Shown here: one piece after another, positions 26,207 through 36,860 of the stretch | How the letters are laid out: the number at the start of each line of letters is the position of its first letter | Numbering within the stretch: the stretch's first letter is position 1 | Source of the DNA: a virus | Reading direction: 5' to 3' (one strand) | Virus record (IMG/VR): IMGVR_UViG_3300018080_000122 | Coordinates: 32,001 to 96,000 of that record | DNA length: 64,000 nucleotides | Program-made: the position numbers and the translations under genes | The notes under the pieces: model-generated | What the model was told of the DNA's origin: nothing | Seen by the model: the letters and a program-made list of their open reading frames with translations, nothing else | The model's database searches: none

Positions 26207-26864
26207 CCATCAGGCTTTGTTGGATTTGGTAGACGTAGTCCACTTCCAAACCCTGGAAGAAATACCTGCCACCGAAATATCTTTGCAATGGTGGTGCGAT
26301 AAATTCCGTCCGGGAATAAAGAGGACGTCGCAAAAGCGCGCGTGGGAAAGATTCAAAGCCGCTTTGAAACGGCTGGATATTGCTTTCCAAGTTAAGCCTG
26401 GGCGAGTGATTTTTGAGGGGGATCTCGCCCAGGCTGTTCGTGATCGGCTAGAGACTCTAGTTGATGGCCCCAAAAAAGAGGCGCACGCAGAAAAACGGAG
26501 GGCTTGGCAGAGAGAGTATCTGGCCAAGAACAAAGATAAAAATCGACAGTGGGGGCGCAATTACAGGGAAAAGAATAGAGAGTACGTGAAGGCGTGGCGG
26601 CATCAGTACTACCTGGACAACCAAGAAAAGGCTAAGGCCCAAGCGAAAGCGTGGGCCAAGAAAAATCCAAAGAAAGTGCGGGCTAAACAAAAGAAATGGA
26701 ATGAAAAGAATAAGGACAAACTCCGAGAATACCGAAGAAAGCGCTACCACGAAAACGTAGAAGAAAGCCGCCGCAAGGCCCGAGAAAAGTACCATCGCAA
26801 CAAGAGGAAGAGGGAGACTAAAGAGGAACGAGAAAAACGGTTTGAGTCTCTATTGGAGGACTAG
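26187..26864 (+). CDS. hypothetical basic protein with repetitive helical C-terminus
   Basis: Repeated [YW]xxKN[KRP]xK units. Confidence 0.65.
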   Translation: MALKKADHQALLDLVDVVHFQTLEEIPATEISLQWWCDKFRPGIKRTSQKRAWERFKAALKRLDIAFQVKPGRVIFEGDLAQAVRDRLETLVDGPKKEAHAEKRRAWQREYLAKNKDKNRQWGRNYREKNREYVKAWRHQYYLDNQEKAKAQAKAWAKKNPKKVRAKQKKWNEKNKDKLREYRRKRYHENVEESRRKAREKYHRNKRKRETKEEREKRFESLLED

Positions 26865-26866
26865 TT

Positions 26867-27424
26867 TTGAGCTACAGGCCCATAAGCGACATGATGATTT
26901 TGGCGCGCCCCAAAGTGAAATATTATGGGGCCTACCCGTCGGGATTTCTATCCAGAGCCAGAGAACTTTTGGGCGTGCATGCAGAAGAGCCAGTCCTTCA
27001 CGTATGCTCAGGTAAGATAGAAGAATACCCGTTCGCGGGGTTCGGACCAAACGACGCCACTGTAGATATTGATTCCTCTCTGTCTCCTGAATGGGTCATG
27101 GACGTTAGAGAAGAACTGCCGTCCTTGGACGCAGAATGGGGTGGCCCCCTATGGCCAGCGATCTTGGCGGACCCTCCCTACGGCGAGACGGAAGCAGAGA
27201 ACTATACGTGTGGAAGATCAGTACTGCCCGACCCGAACAAACTGTTGAAGATGTGTCTGGAGCACGTGCGGCCCGGAGGAAGAGTAGGGATGTTGCACTA
27301 CTTGGTGCCCAGACCGCCAAAGAAAATGGACGGAAAGAACACTAAATTTGTCGCCGTCTTAGGTGTGATGACGGGATTTGGGCAGAGAATAAGGGCCTAT
27401 TCAGTGTTTGAACGGCCCTTATAG
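26867..27424 (+). CDS. Putative minimal DNA adenine methyltransferase
   Basis: GAYPSGF, VLHVCSG, VDID and LADPPY. Confidence 0.7.
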   Translation: MSYRPISDMMILARPKVKYYGAYPSGFLSRARELLGVHAEEPVLHVCSGKIEEYPFAGFGPNDATVDIDSSLSPEWVMDVREELPSLDAEWGGPLWPAILADPPYGETEAENYTCGRSVLPDPNKLLKMCLEHVRPGGRVGMLHYLVPRPPKKMDGKNTKFVAVLGVMTGFGQRIRAYSVFERPL

Positions 27425-27425
27425 A

Positions 27426-27656
27426 CTAGTCGTCACCAAGAATATTTTGTAGCTCTTCTTCTGATATGCCCATCTTCCTGGCCACCTTTATTATCTGTGA
27501 CCGGGAAGGGTCTACTCCTGTGCCGTTGGCCGCTGCAGCCACCGCTTTTCGCACTGTAGAAGAGGCTTGGCACTTTTTCACTAACCGCACAGCAGTTGCT
27601 CTTAGTCTGGCCTTGACCTGATCCCACTCTTTCTTCGTTTCAGGATCGGAAAGCAT
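27426..27656 (-). CDS. hypothetical protein
   Basis: GGAGG RBS; last gene of the late arm. Confidence 0.6.
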   Translation of the reverse strand: MLSDPETKKEWDQVKARLRATAVRLVKKCQASSTVRKAVAAAANGTGVDPSRSQIIKVARKMGISEEELQNILGDD

Positions 27657-27665
27657 TCTAGCCTC

Positions 27666-28190
27666 CTATTGTTCCCCGTCGCTATCGCTAGCAGCAGGGT
27701 ATACCCCAGAACCACCCACGTCGTGGTGGTCCATACCCCGATCAAACCGCTTGCTGAACTCACTCATCTCACGGATCATCTCTCGGAGCTCTTCTCTCCA
27801 TTGTGTTTGTAAATCGTTTCGGCTGGTCTCAAGTTCCTTCACCCGAGCCTGGAGAGCCGCCGATTCTTTGAGGAGAGTTTCATGGCAGGTGACTTGCCCA
27901 GATTTTACAGTCAGTACTTCGGTAACCAAGGCGTCAATACGCTTCAGCTGCTCACGCTGTTCTTCAGTCTGAAGATTTTTGATTTTATCTTGGATGTCCT
28001 TGAGCTCTTTGGTGAGATCCCCAGTGTCCCTTTTTTTAGATTTGGTTTTAGACGTGCCGTTCTGCCTGCGCTCTTTGATGAGCGTGGCTATTATATCGAT
28101 CAGCTTGCCGAAACCGGCCACGCCTCCACTCACAATGGTGAGAATGAGGACCAGCGTCGTCACATCAATTTCGATTGCAGCAAGCACCAT
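27666..28190 (-). CDS. Membrane-anchored coiled-coil protein (holin/spanin-like candidate)
   Basis: N-terminal hydrophobic helix followed by a long coiled coil. Confidence 0.55.
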   Translation of the reverse strand: MVLAAIEIDVTTLVLILTIVSGGVAGFGKLIDIIATLIKERRQNGTSKTKSKKRDTGDLTKELKDIQDKIKNLQTEEQREQLKRIDALVTEVLTVKSGQVTCHETLLKESAALQARVKELETSRNDLQTQWREELREMIREMSEFSKRFDRGMDHHDVGGSGVYPAASDSDGEQ

Positions 28191-28253
28191 GTTAGCCTCT
28201 CCTCTGACCCTATTAAGCTAACCACCGCAACGTCGTCTCGCCATATGATGTCC

Positions 28254-28931
28254 CTAAATATAACAAAGCTCAGGGTTACCGTCCACGATCTTAACGTAGG
28301 TGAGGCCCTCTGGCCCAAAAGATCCGCTGTTCAAATACATGCGGCCCTTATATTCCCTTACTTCTGGGATATGGGTATGTCCTAGTACCACAATGTCGCC
28401 CAACAAATTTTCCATGGCCCTATCAGCGATGGGCTCCGCATATTTTTCTTTCCCGTTCATGGCCGCGAAAGAGTGGCGGACTTTTCGTTGGATTGACGTG
28501 CCAGGCCCCATAAAGTAGCAGGCGACCTTGTCCGCAGTCACAGCAACCCACGATGCCATTTTAGACGCCGTTCCGGAGAACGTGTCGAACTCGTTACCAT
28601 GAGCTAAGACTATACTTTTTCCTCCGTCACTGTAATTGTAAGGTTGGGCCGCAACACGCATGTTGTTCAAACGGCGCATTCCTTTGAACTCCGCGTCGTG
28701 ATTGCCCGGTATATAAATTACTTCATACGGAAGTACGTCAATCTCTAATAATATATCTTTATTTTGTTCTACTATGTCGCAGTAGTCGTAGTGCCAAAGA
28801 TCGAACACATCTCCAAGAAGGACCAGGCGATCCCACTTGTCCCTATGTATAAGTTTAAACAACTCCTTGTTGGCCGACCTGAACCTACCTGGTTGGCCAA
28901 AGTGTAAATCTGATACTACTAAAGTGCGCAT
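28254..28931 (-). CDS. Calcineurin-like metallophosphoesterase (LpxH-like)
   Basis: SDLH, LGDVFD, GNHD, HG and GHTH. Confidence 0.88.
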   Translation of the reverse strand: MRTLVVSDLHFGQPGRFRSANKELFKLIHRDKWDRLVLLGDVFDLWHYDYCDIVEQNKDILLEIDVLPYEVIYIPGNHDAEFKGMRRLNNMRVAAQPYNYSDGGKSIVLAHGNEFDTFSGTASKMASWVAVTADKVACYFMGPGTSIQRKVRHSFAAMNGKEKYAEPIADRAMENLLGDIVVLGHTHIPEVREYKGRMYLNSGSFGPEGLTYVKIVDGNPELCYI

Positions 28932-29467
28932 GGTGTGGCCCCCTCGCACAGCCTGAGCATCTTTAAATCTTCTGGAGACGTCAGGTCCGGCAAAAGATTT
29001 TTCACAGGCTCAAACGAATCGTTGCGAAGCATCCCATCCAAAAGATGAAGGTAACGTGCGACGACCTCGCTACAAAACATCTTGTCTGGCGTGTCAGGCA
29101 CGCACATTCGCGCCAGACGCTTGTTGACCTTCTCCAGCACCAGGTAAGCACAGAAGCGGCCGATGCCCGCGAAGTCGTACTCCGCCCCCAGCTCCCGAAA
29201 GATGATGTAGAGAGCTTTGGGACCCATTACATCGTCTCTAATTCGGAAGGCGTACATGAGTTTGTTGTGGTTGTCCCATCTTTCCGCCGCGACCAGGTTC
29301 ACTCCAGATCCAGTGGATTCAAGAACCCACCGGTAGCCTGTGGAGAATGGGCCGCCTATATGACTGAAGTGGATGGAGGCGTGGGAAACATCGGAATTGG
29401 TGATCTTACGAATGGCCCATGAGATCGGACTGCACGACTTTGGCCGGGATAGTACTATAGCAATCAT
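28919..29467 (-). CDS. Permuted papain-like NlpC/P60 (YiiX/YaeF-like) amidase
   Basis: ISWAIRKITNSDVSHA, VLES, LGAEYD and FCSEVVA (His before Cys). Confidence 0.78.
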   Translation of the reverse strand: MIAIVLSRPKSCSPISWAIRKITNSDVSHASIHFSHIGGPFSTGYRWVLESTGSGVNLVAAERWDNHNKLMYAFRIRDDVMGPKALYIIFRELGAEYDFAGIGRFCAYLVLEKVNKRLARMCVPDTPDKMFCSEVVARYLHLLDGMLRNDSFEPVKNLLPDLTSPEDLKMLRLCEGATPCAL

Positions 29468-29475
29468 GGCTCATA

Positions 29476-30498
29476 TCACAGATCTGGCATCGTCTTCTTA
29501 CGGCCAGCAACAGCCGTAACGCCGACTGTTCTTTGTGCGCCGCCCGTTTCCAAGTGAACTTTCACAGAGAGCTGCCAATGCGGGAGGAACAGTGCTGGGC
29601 GCACACTCTGCACGCCCATGAAGACCGTGTCATCTCCGAGCATGGGAATTCTGCACACCTGGCGACTCAGCGTGACCGGGACAGACATCAGGTGGCAACG
29701 AAGATTCTCTTTGGGGTCGTGAGCCGACGTCCAAATGAAAATCGAAGGCGTCTCGTAAGGATTCCAACCCCATATACCCGATGTGCTGGGGACTGGCACG
29801 AGGTTGTCGTTGATTTCGCCTTTGGTGGTGGTCTCGCCGTCTATATTGTGGGTAGATTCGCCCTCTGCACACGGGATAAAAACGTCAGACTGCACCTTGG
29901 CATTCCCAGTGCCCGCAGCTTCTGCAGGAGCGCTTGCAGGAGCAGTGGCCACAAAAGAAAAAGTGTCTTGGTATAGCCCATTCAAATGTCGAACGAAGCC
30001 GCCCACGAGGTAAACGTGCTCCAAGAACTGCCCCGTGATGGTATAGTCCCCCGCATCCGATTCCTGCAACTGTAGGAGGGTGCCGTCGCCGCGTTTGAGA
30101 TCGGTCAGATCGTCGAATGCCCCAGTGGTGAACTGGTTGTACCCCGCAGGGAAGACGTCCGGGTTGACCCTGACCGAAGCGCAGGTACCGTTGGTCCCGA
30201 TTGGGCTGACAGGTGCGAAGTTCACCCAATTTCCCGCCGCGTCCACGATGTGAACCTCATCCACACCAGGGGATTCCGTTGCGTCATGCGCGGCCACCAA
30301 TGCGTCCAGAATCGTCTCGTTCTCTGTTGAGAGATCTGCTTTGAAGGCCACTCTCATGGTGTCGTCTTCGGAATATGTCTCGTCTGTATCCAGGGCAACC
30401 GTGATGGCGCTCTGCTGGATGTCGTAGACGAAGGTGGCCACATTGACGGCGCCCTCGGGAAAATCGGTGCTGATCGTGTAATCCTTATACGTGGCCAT
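29476..30498 (-). CDS. putative virion protein
   Basis: Acidic, beta-rich 340-aa ORF in the late operon. Confidence 0.55.
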   Translation of the reverse strand: MATYKDYTISTDFPEGAVNVATFVYDIQQSAITVALDTDETYSEDDTMRVAFKADLSTENETILDALVAAHDATESPGVDEVHIVDAAGNWVNFAPVSPIGTNGTCASVRVNPDVFPAGYNQFTTGAFDDLTDLKRGDGTLLQLQESDAGDYTITGQFLEHVYLVGGFVRHLNGLYQDTFSFVATAPASAPAEAAGTGNAKVQSDVFIPCAEGESTHNIDGETTTKGEINDNLVPVPSTSGIWGWNPYETPSIFIWTSAHDPKENLRCHLMSVPVTLSRQVCRIPMLGDDTVFMGVQSVRPALFLPHWQLSVKVHLETGGAQRTVGVTAVAGRKKTMPDL

Positions 30499-30953
30499 TA
30501 ATCCCTCCGAAGGTCTGCTTTACTGTGACAAATCAACGACGCCGTTGGGAGTCTGATCTTCCTGCCCATCTGCGCCGCCACAGGGTAATTTCTGACTTCA
30601 ATGTCGACTGTGTGATCACCTGGAGACAAGGTTACGTTGGCGAAACCGGATTTGCTGATCAGCTGTTTTAGGCTGCCTTTAACCTCTTCACTCATAAATC
30701 CATCACCGTTGGGATCTACTATTGGTGTGGTTTCATCAAGCATTACCCTGATATCGACACAGGTCTTGCCAAGGGCGCGGAATTCGCACTGCCAATCCAA
30801 CCGATAGTCGCCACCAGGGGCGTCGTTGGCCTCAACACGCAGATGCCTGCGCCACTTTGTGCCCACCATGGACATCTTCGTGAATGACTCCCCTGTGTAG
30901 ATGTGCTTCACAGTTGGGGCCGCAGCTTGGCGACAGATATCCTTCATTCGCAT
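30498..30953 (-). CDS. hypothetical beta-sandwich protein
   Basis: 151 aa, abutting its neighbours. Confidence 0.55.
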   Translation of the reverse strand: MRMKDICRQAAAPTVKHIYTGESFTKMSMVGTKWRRHLRVEANDAPGGDYRLDWQCEFRALGKTCVDIRVMLDETTPIVDPNGDGFMSEEVKGSLKQLISKSGFANVTLSPGDHTVDIEVRNYPVAAQMGRKIRLPTASLICHSKADLRRD

Positions 30954-30955
30954 GA

Positions 30956-32929
30956 TTACGCCTCGTCTACCCGCCAGATGACAAAGTAGTCATCCAACGT
31001 GGGTGTGTGTTCTGTGTCCGTCGTGGTCAGATTGAATCGGACTTTCAGATTCTTTTTGTTGTCCCACGCTTCTGAAGCGTCCGCAGTTTCCAGAACGCCT
31101 CCAGCAGTAGTTTGCCACCAGTCCACCGCACGAGGAATCCCCAATCCAGTTTTCCAGTGGTTGCCGCCGTCCAAGGAAATGTCCATGCTGAGCGAGGTGA
31201 ATGGCGCTTCAAAACCATTCACATAAGGAAGGATTTCGTAGACGTCCAATCCATTCTGGATGACCTGTGCGTAGGATGTCAAACTGCCCGACGTATCGTA
31301 GATGGGGTTACTCACGCGCCGCCAGTTGTCCAGATTGCAGGTGTACGAAGTGCTCTTGCGAGTCAGCCTGAAATAGCAGTAGTACACAGACCCCCGACTA
31401 GCCGAACTGATATCGAAGATCGCGGTTTCCCAGTTAGTGCTGGATGTGGTGTAATAAAAATACTGTATCGGTGATCCACTAGAATAGAGCCCGAATTGCA
31501 CTTGCACGTTTGGAATACTGGTCTTGATGTCGATTTTCACAGCGCCATAGGATGACCAATCTTGGTAACTACCTATATTTTTTCGGATGCCGTACCAGAG
31601 CTGCTCTGTCCCTGTAGAGGTGTGGGTCATCTTCAACGAGCCTGTACCCTCATTATAGACCGAGGTGTCCAGAGCAAATGCACCATCTCCAGAGTACCAG
31701 ACTTCGTACCAGGGTGGTGTCGCGACAGCGTCGAGCGCGTCATACTGCGTGTCCGTCGTATTGGCATCCAAAGTAACTTCGCCACCAACGACCGAGATAT
31801 CTGCACTGCTCTCGATCTTTGATGAGTCCGCGAAGAAATCCACCAACGCGTTGCTCGCGTCGTCGAGACGGATATAGGTTTCGTCGTCTCCAAGAAAGGC
31901 TGCGACCAGGTGGTTGGCCAGACAGCCGCATTGAAAGCGGTCCATGTAACGCCCAGCAATAACCAGTTTGGAACCCGCAGCCTGGGAGATCTTGGATACC
32001 TCGATTTCAGCCCCAGTCAAGATTACTTGATCCGTGGCGTCCTCCATCAAGATGGACCAAGTGCCGGGGTCATTGACCTTGACCGACCAACATTTGACTT
32101 CGCCGCCGTCTTTGGTCCGTATACCGACGTCGGGGTCGTCGATACGTAGACCCCACATATGGATCTCGGAATGATCGGCGTAGAGCCCCTCGTCAAAAGT
32201 TCCATCGAGAGTGCAATTCCAAATACGAACCGTGCTGTTATCTTCCGCTTTTACGCCGTAATCTCCGCCAGACGCTTGGTGAGAAATCCGCAAACCGTTG
32301 CCGTGAAATCTGGCCTCGTCAACGTGAATCGCCTTCTTTACCCCCGAGAAACTGACCGTGTTGGCCATCACAGAGGCCAAAGGCTCTTCTACTTTAATTC
32401 CTTTATCAAAGTTGGAGATCTGCATGTTCACCAATTGCCAGAACTGGTAAGTGGTGGGGTTACCTGGGTCTGCCTTTATAGCAGTTTCGTTGCTGCTGTC
32501 TCCGTCCAGGAAAATCCCCATCATGCCGCCAACGGAAACGGCGCCCATTCCTGTTGGAGTGGCAAACAAATCGTTATCGGGGTCACTGGGTTTGATGCAA
32601 ACCGCGAAAGGACCATCACCAGTGAACTGGGTCAGAGTTGGAAGAGTGAGGGCGCCACCAGAATTGTCTTCCGTGTAGACTCCCGCCCCAATCCGAATAC
32701 ACCAGTATTCGTCGGATGGTTTAGTCAATCGCAGAGATATTGCGGCCGCGACCGTCTTGAACGGTTTGGTCTGTGTGCCATCTTCTGTGTAGCTGTCCGT
32801 GCGCTTTTCCACATAAATGGTGTGGGAACCGGAGGCCGAAAATGGGATTTCGAGATATTCCGCAGCGGCCACAACCCCATCACCATCGGGATCGTACTGC
32901 TCCTGAGTCATAATGGGATTGCATTCCAT
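30956..32929 (-). CDS. Tailspike-like parallel beta-helix protein with putative carbohydrate-binding module
   Basis: IYV..DGTQTKPFKTV..GAGVYTE cap, GI-x beta-helix repeats and aromatic CBM-like C-terminus (EGTGSLK, DWSSY, WET). Confidence 0.7.
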   Translation of the reverse strand: MECNPIMTQEQYDPDGDGVVAAAEYLEIPFSASGSHTIYVEKRTDSYTEDGTQTKPFKTVAAAISLRLTKPSDEYWCIRIGAGVYTEDNSGGALTLPTLTQFTGDGPFAVCIKPSDPDNDLFATPTGMGAVSVGGMMGIFLDGDSSNETAIKADPGNPTTYQFWQLVNMQISNFDKGIKVEEPLASVMANTVSFSGVKKAIHVDEARFHGNGLRISHQASGGDYGVKAEDNSTVRIWNCTLDGTFDEGLYADHSEIHMWGLRIDDPDVGIRTKDGGEVKCWSVKVNDPGTWSILMEDATDQVILTGAEIEVSKISQAAGSKLVIAGRYMDRFQCGCLANHLVAAFLGDDETYIRLDDASNALVDFFADSSKIESSADISVVGGEVTLDANTTDTQYDALDAVATPPWYEVWYSGDGAFALDTSVYNEGTGSLKMTHTSTGTEQLWYGIRKNIGSYQDWSSYGAVKIDIKTSIPNVQVQFGLYSSGSPIQYFYYTTSSTNWETAIFDISSASRGSVYYCYFRLTRKSTSYTCNLDNWRRVSNPIYDTSGSLTSYAQVIQNGLDVYEILPYVNGFEAPFTSLSMDISLDGGNHWKTGLGIPRAVDWWQTTAGGVLETADASEAWDNKKNLKVRFNLTTTDTEHTPTLDDYFVIWRVDEA

Positions 32930-34431
32930 TATTCTTTACCCACCTGATAAATACACGTCTGGGCGCCGGACGGCGTCGCAGGGGTGGCCGTCGCTGGCAA
33001 TCCAGAGGTTGAATAGGCTTGAGTGAAAAGCGGCCGCCTGGACGCCCCATAAAAATGTAAAGCGCTTAGCCAGGATGGCGCTACGCCTCCAATGCCAGTC
33101 CAGTTGCTCTTGATGGCGAACCAGTAGTAACCTGAATTCGGTATCGTGTAGGCCGAAGCCAGATTAATGGTTTTCAAACCTGCCGGTGTCTGCACGACAG
33201 CCCCGCCCGCAGCGCAATAAGCCACCCGCGTATCCGGCTTCCCAGCTGCCAACGTCCAGTCCGTTGTGGCCGGATTGGTTTGACTGTAGAGCCCCACCCA
33301 CGTGGTGGCCCCATTGCCTGTGGCCCCGCTGGTCAATTCCATTAAAAAGGATGTGAGGTTGGTTCCAGCCTGGAGCCACGTACGCATATAAACTATTAGG
33401 TCTTCTGTGGGAGTGGCTTGCCATCCAAAGTCGAACGGATCACGGCCCATCGCGATCCATTCACCGGATTTGCTGTTGTCCTCAGGACACGTCAGCAACT
33501 TATTTGAGCTAGCGATCTGCGCGTTCACCGTCGCACTGGAGGCGATGCTGTCGTTACCCGATACCAACGACGCCGTCAAATCCAGGCGGCCGTTATGCTG
33601 TGCGGAGTAGGCGTAAGTGTAGCCCTGCAGATAGGAGACCTGAGCGCTGATCTGCGCATCCTCTTCCACGCGCAGCCCAATGGCGCCTTCAAGGTGGTTG
33701 GCCTCTACTTTCACGACGGCCTCGCCAGTGGCCATCACGCACGAGTAGCCTGGGCAGTAGCAGTCCGTCATGATGAGATGGACGTCAGCATCGGCTCCAT
33801 CTGCAAACACAACTGCGGGGTCACATTCGTCTGCCCAACAGAGCTCGATCTGTCCATAGAGTTTGCCGTCGCTGACGCGAACGAGTGGGGCTGTGCCATC
33901 TATGGCCATCAGCTCGTCACACTCCAGAAACAGGTGGCCCCAATTCAGCTGAAATAAAGGATGGTTATCCTCCAACCACCCCTGTGTCAGCTCCACAGAG
34001 AGCACGCCGCCAGACGCCTGAATCGCGGGCTGGGTTGCCCCTCCAGGGACGATGCAGGTGTTGGCGCGGACATAGGACATCGTGCTGTTGGTGGAGACCC
34101 GCTTAATCGCGCCCGCAGTGCCCTCGATGTGATTGACACGAAGGCTCGCTGCGCCGTGCATGGTCACCAGGCCGACGATGGTAGCCGCCTCTGCCTCCAC
34201 GTAGACATAAGATGGAATCGTGAAGCTTTCCGTGTAGAGCCCCCCGTCAACGCATTCTATTGAATAAGAATTGGCCCAAGACGGAGGCGGAACCTCCGCC
34301 GCTGCTGCCGCCAGGGCCTCCGTAAAAGTCGGGAACGCGCTGTCAATGGTCCTGCCATCATTCTCGCTCTTCCCGTGTTTCCCAACATAGAAAACGTTTG
34401 CTTGCTCAACCGCCGCTGGATAACACTTCAT
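32929..34431 (-). CDS. Tailspike-like beta-helix protein
   Basis: FYVGKHG..DGRT..FPTF cap; C-terminal domain shared with the next two ORFs. Confidence 0.65.
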   Translation of the reverse strand: MKCYPAAVEQANVFYVGKHGKSENDGRTIDSAFPTFTEALAAAAAEVPPPSWANSYSIECVDGGLYTESFTIPSYVYVEAEAATIVGLVTMHGAASLRVNHIEGTAGAIKRVSTNSTMSYVRANTCIVPGGATQPAIQASGGVLSVELTQGWLEDNHPLFQLNWGHLFLECDELMAIDGTAPLVRVSDGKLYGQIELCWADECDPAVVFADGADADVHLIMTDCYCPGYSCVMATGEAVVKVEANHLEGAIGLRVEEDAQISAQVSYLQGYTYAYSAQHNGRLDLTASLVSGNDSIASSATVNAQIASSNKLLTCPEDNSKSGEWIAMGRDPFDFGWQATPTEDLIVYMRTWLQAGTNLTSFLMELTSGATGNGATTWVGLYSQTNPATTDWTLAAGKPDTRVAYCAAGGAVVQTPAGLKTINLASAYTIPNSGYYWFAIKSNWTGIGGVAPSWLSALHFYGASRRPLFTQAYSTSGLPATATPATPSGAQTCIYQVGKE

Positions 34432-34435
34432 GCGA

Positions 34436-36001
34436 TTACTCCCTACCCAAGATGTAAATCAGGGGATTGGAGGACGCTACAGCCACAGGAGTTGCTGTAA
34501 CGGGCAGGCCTGCTGTCGCGTAAGTTTCCTGGTAGGCTGGATAATTGTCCCCTCCATAGAAGAGGAGGTTGCTCAACCACCATGGCGAATTGCCGCCGAT
34601 GCCCGTCCAATTCACTTTAACTGCCAACCAGTAGAACCCTGTGGTTGGAACCGCATAGCTAGACGCCAGCGCGACGGCCTTTTCTCCGGTGGGCGCCTGA
34701 ATATTGGTTCCCGCGCCTGCTGTGGAAGCCACTAAAGTGTTGGGCTGCCCTGCCGCGACCGTCCAGTCTTCCTGGTCAGGATTAGTCTGATCATAAAGAC
34801 CCAACCATGCAGTCATTCCAGGCGCGGCGCCAGCCCCAGCAAGATAGACGGCGAGAGCTTGTAAGGTAATGCCTGTCGGCAACCAAACCCTGTAGTAGTT
34901 GATGACGTCTTCCGTCGGGAAAGCACGGTAACCGAAGATGGAAATGTCTGTATTGTGAGCGACCCAGTCACCAGGTTTGCGAGTCACCCTGGGTGCCATG
35001 ATAAGGTCGCCAGACTGCGCCTGCGGAACAAATCCATCCGTGCCGCGCGTCTTCTGGTACTCCACTGGCCCCGCATACGTGATGTTGGCCAGTCCTCCTG
35101 TGGCTTCTAGCACCGTCCCGGAAAGGCGGTCCACGTGCAGGTTGATGATCCCATTATTCGAAGCGGAGACTGCTGTGTCAGTGCTAATGTGTCCCACGAA
35201 CGCGTCGACCACAGAACCAGACCCGTCCACGTAGAGACCGTAGGTGTTTGATGGCGCATATTCAAGTATGTGGTCGATCTGTGCCAAGACCGTGGAGCCG
35301 TTCAACGCGTAGATCCCAACGCTGGTGGTCCCATTCAGATAAACGTCCTGGGCGAACAGGTGCACATGCCCCTGCAGAGGCGCAAACAGGTCCCCAATGA
35401 CGGCCCCTATGTTGGCTGAAATCTGGGCGCGCCGGACGGAGACCACCAAAGCCCCTGTGGAAGTATTTACAATTCCACTAGGTGTGCCTGCCCCAGAAAG
35501 AAGCAGATCAGTGGTTGTGACCTGCGCTACACCGCTTCCAGCGGTCTTGGCTATTGCCCACGCCGTGCCGGTGGAAGGGGATAGTGTGATCGAGTTGAAC
35601 ACGTAGACCCCGCCGTCGACACAAGTCAGTGCCACGCTGCTGGCAGCAGAAGTACCCACCAGTGTAGCGTTCGGGGCGTAAATGTGGATGTTGGTTCCTG
35701 GCGCGATGTCCTCTGTGTAGACGCCAGCATCCATGCAGGCAATGGTTAATGGGGAACCAGGGGAACCCGCTGCCGTGATGGCCGCTCCGAAAGTCAGTTT
35801 CGCGCGCTCAAGAGTCTGCCCATCATAACTGTCATTACCATGCTTACCCACGTACAGAACTTGGGTCTGGGCGGGTAGCGCAGTTGGAATATTAGTTAGC
35901 TGTGCGCCGCTAACAGCGGGAAGACCTGGGACACCCCCAACATTCTCAAGGACCACGCCCTCGCCAATAACGGTTTCCTCAGTCTTCGGTCTTACAGGCA
36001 T
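34436..36001 (-). CDS. Tailspike-like beta-helix protein (paralog of 32929-34431)
   Basis: LYVGKHGNDSYDGQT, DAGVYTE, PTED and GFYWLAVKVNWTGIGG. Confidence 0.65.
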   Translation of the reverse strand: MPVRPKTEETVIGEGVVLENVGGVPGLPAVSGAQLTNIPTALPAQTQVLYVGKHGNDSYDGQTLERAKLTFGAAITAAGSPGSPLTIACMDAGVYTEDIAPGTNIHIYAPNATLVGTSAASSVALTCVDGGVYVFNSITLSPSTGTAWAIAKTAGSGVAQVTTTDLLLSGAGTPSGIVNTSTGALVVSVRRAQISANIGAVIGDLFAPLQGHVHLFAQDVYLNGTTSVGIYALNGSTVLAQIDHILEYAPSNTYGLYVDGSGSVVDAFVGHISTDTAVSASNNGIINLHVDRLSGTVLEATGGLANITYAGPVEYQKTRGTDGFVPQAQSGDLIMAPRVTRKPGDWVAHNTDISIFGYRAFPTEDVINYYRVWLPTGITLQALAVYLAGAGAAPGMTAWLGLYDQTNPDQEDWTVAAGQPNTLVASTAGAGTNIQAPTGEKAVALASSYAVPTTGFYWLAVKVNWTGIGGNSPWWLSNLLFYGGDNYPAYQETYATAGLPVTATPVAVASSNPLIYILGRE

Positions 36002-36002
36002 G

Positions 36003-36824
36003 CTACGCCTCCAGTCCCATTGTAAGGACAACTGCGCTGGCAGGGTTGACTACGAGGCCAGGTGAAGCAGGTAAGACTACACCAGAACTGGCTTCTAACC
36101 ACATGGACTTGAGGAAGGCTGAGCCATACATAGGCGTTGTGGCAAACTCCAGATCGACGCTGTTAGTTATAATAGCCAGCCAGTAGTACCCCGACACAGG
36201 GGTAGTGTACGATGCTCCCAAAGCGACAATTTTGTCTGCGTTGTCGTCCCCAGCCGCTGTGGTAAATGAGCCAGTCTCGGCCACTTTGGTGTTTGGCAGC
36301 CCGTTTGGATTTGAGGGCACAGATTGCGTGTAGATGCCCATATTCACTGAGCGAGCAGGGTTTCCTCCGCTTGCCTGGTAATAGGCCATCCTGTCAATTA
36401 CCTTGCCTTTATGTACATATATTCTGGAGTATTGGACTTCGTTAGCGTCGATGGAACCAACAAGAGTGTAGTCTTCTCTAGTCCCCGTGAAGTACTCTCC
36501 AGGCGTCCCGAAGTCAGATCCACTATCCGTATTTGTAGTTTCAAACCAAAACGCATCGCCGGTAGCCGCACCGAGGCAAGCAAAAGCCCTTTTATCCGTG
36601 GTGTTTATCCATCGGCTGCCTACAGCGTAGCCTGCAACGTCATCATCATTAACGGTAGGATCGGTCGTCGCAGTGAAATTGTGCTTTAGGGACGCAGCGG
36701 CAGCGATCTGAGCCGCAGAGACTCCTCCAACGTACGCCACACTGGGATTTGGATAAGTCCCTGCGAGATCGCCCCCAGCGGGGCCAGATGGCAGCCCATA
36801 ACCAAAACCATTGGACAAAGTCAT
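36003..36824 (-). CDS. Tail fibre-like protein
   Basis: GPAGGDLAGTYPNP, DPTVNDD..GYAVGSRWINT and shared GYYWLAI C-terminal domain. Confidence 0.65.
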   Translation of the reverse strand: MTLSNGFGYGLPSGPAGGDLAGTYPNPSVAYVGGVSAAQIAAAASLKHNFTATTDPTVNDDDVAGYAVGSRWINTTDKRAFACLGAATGDAFWFETTNTDSGSDFGTPGEYFTGTREDYTLVGSIDANEVQYSRIYVHKGKVIDRMAYYQASGGNPARSVNMGIYTQSVPSNPNGLPNTKVAETGSFTTAAGDDNADKIVALGASYTTPVSGYYWLAIITNSVDLEFATTPMYGSAFLKSMWLEASSGVVLPASPGLVVNPASAVVLTMGLEA

Positions 36825-36860
36825 CTGCCGCCCTCCTTTTCTCCCCGCATTCTACAACAT

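Noticed and set aside
26460-26864. HNH/NUMOD homing endonuclease suggested by KNxEK-type repeats
   Set aside because: No HNH, GIY-YIG or endonuclease VII catalytic motif follows the repeats.
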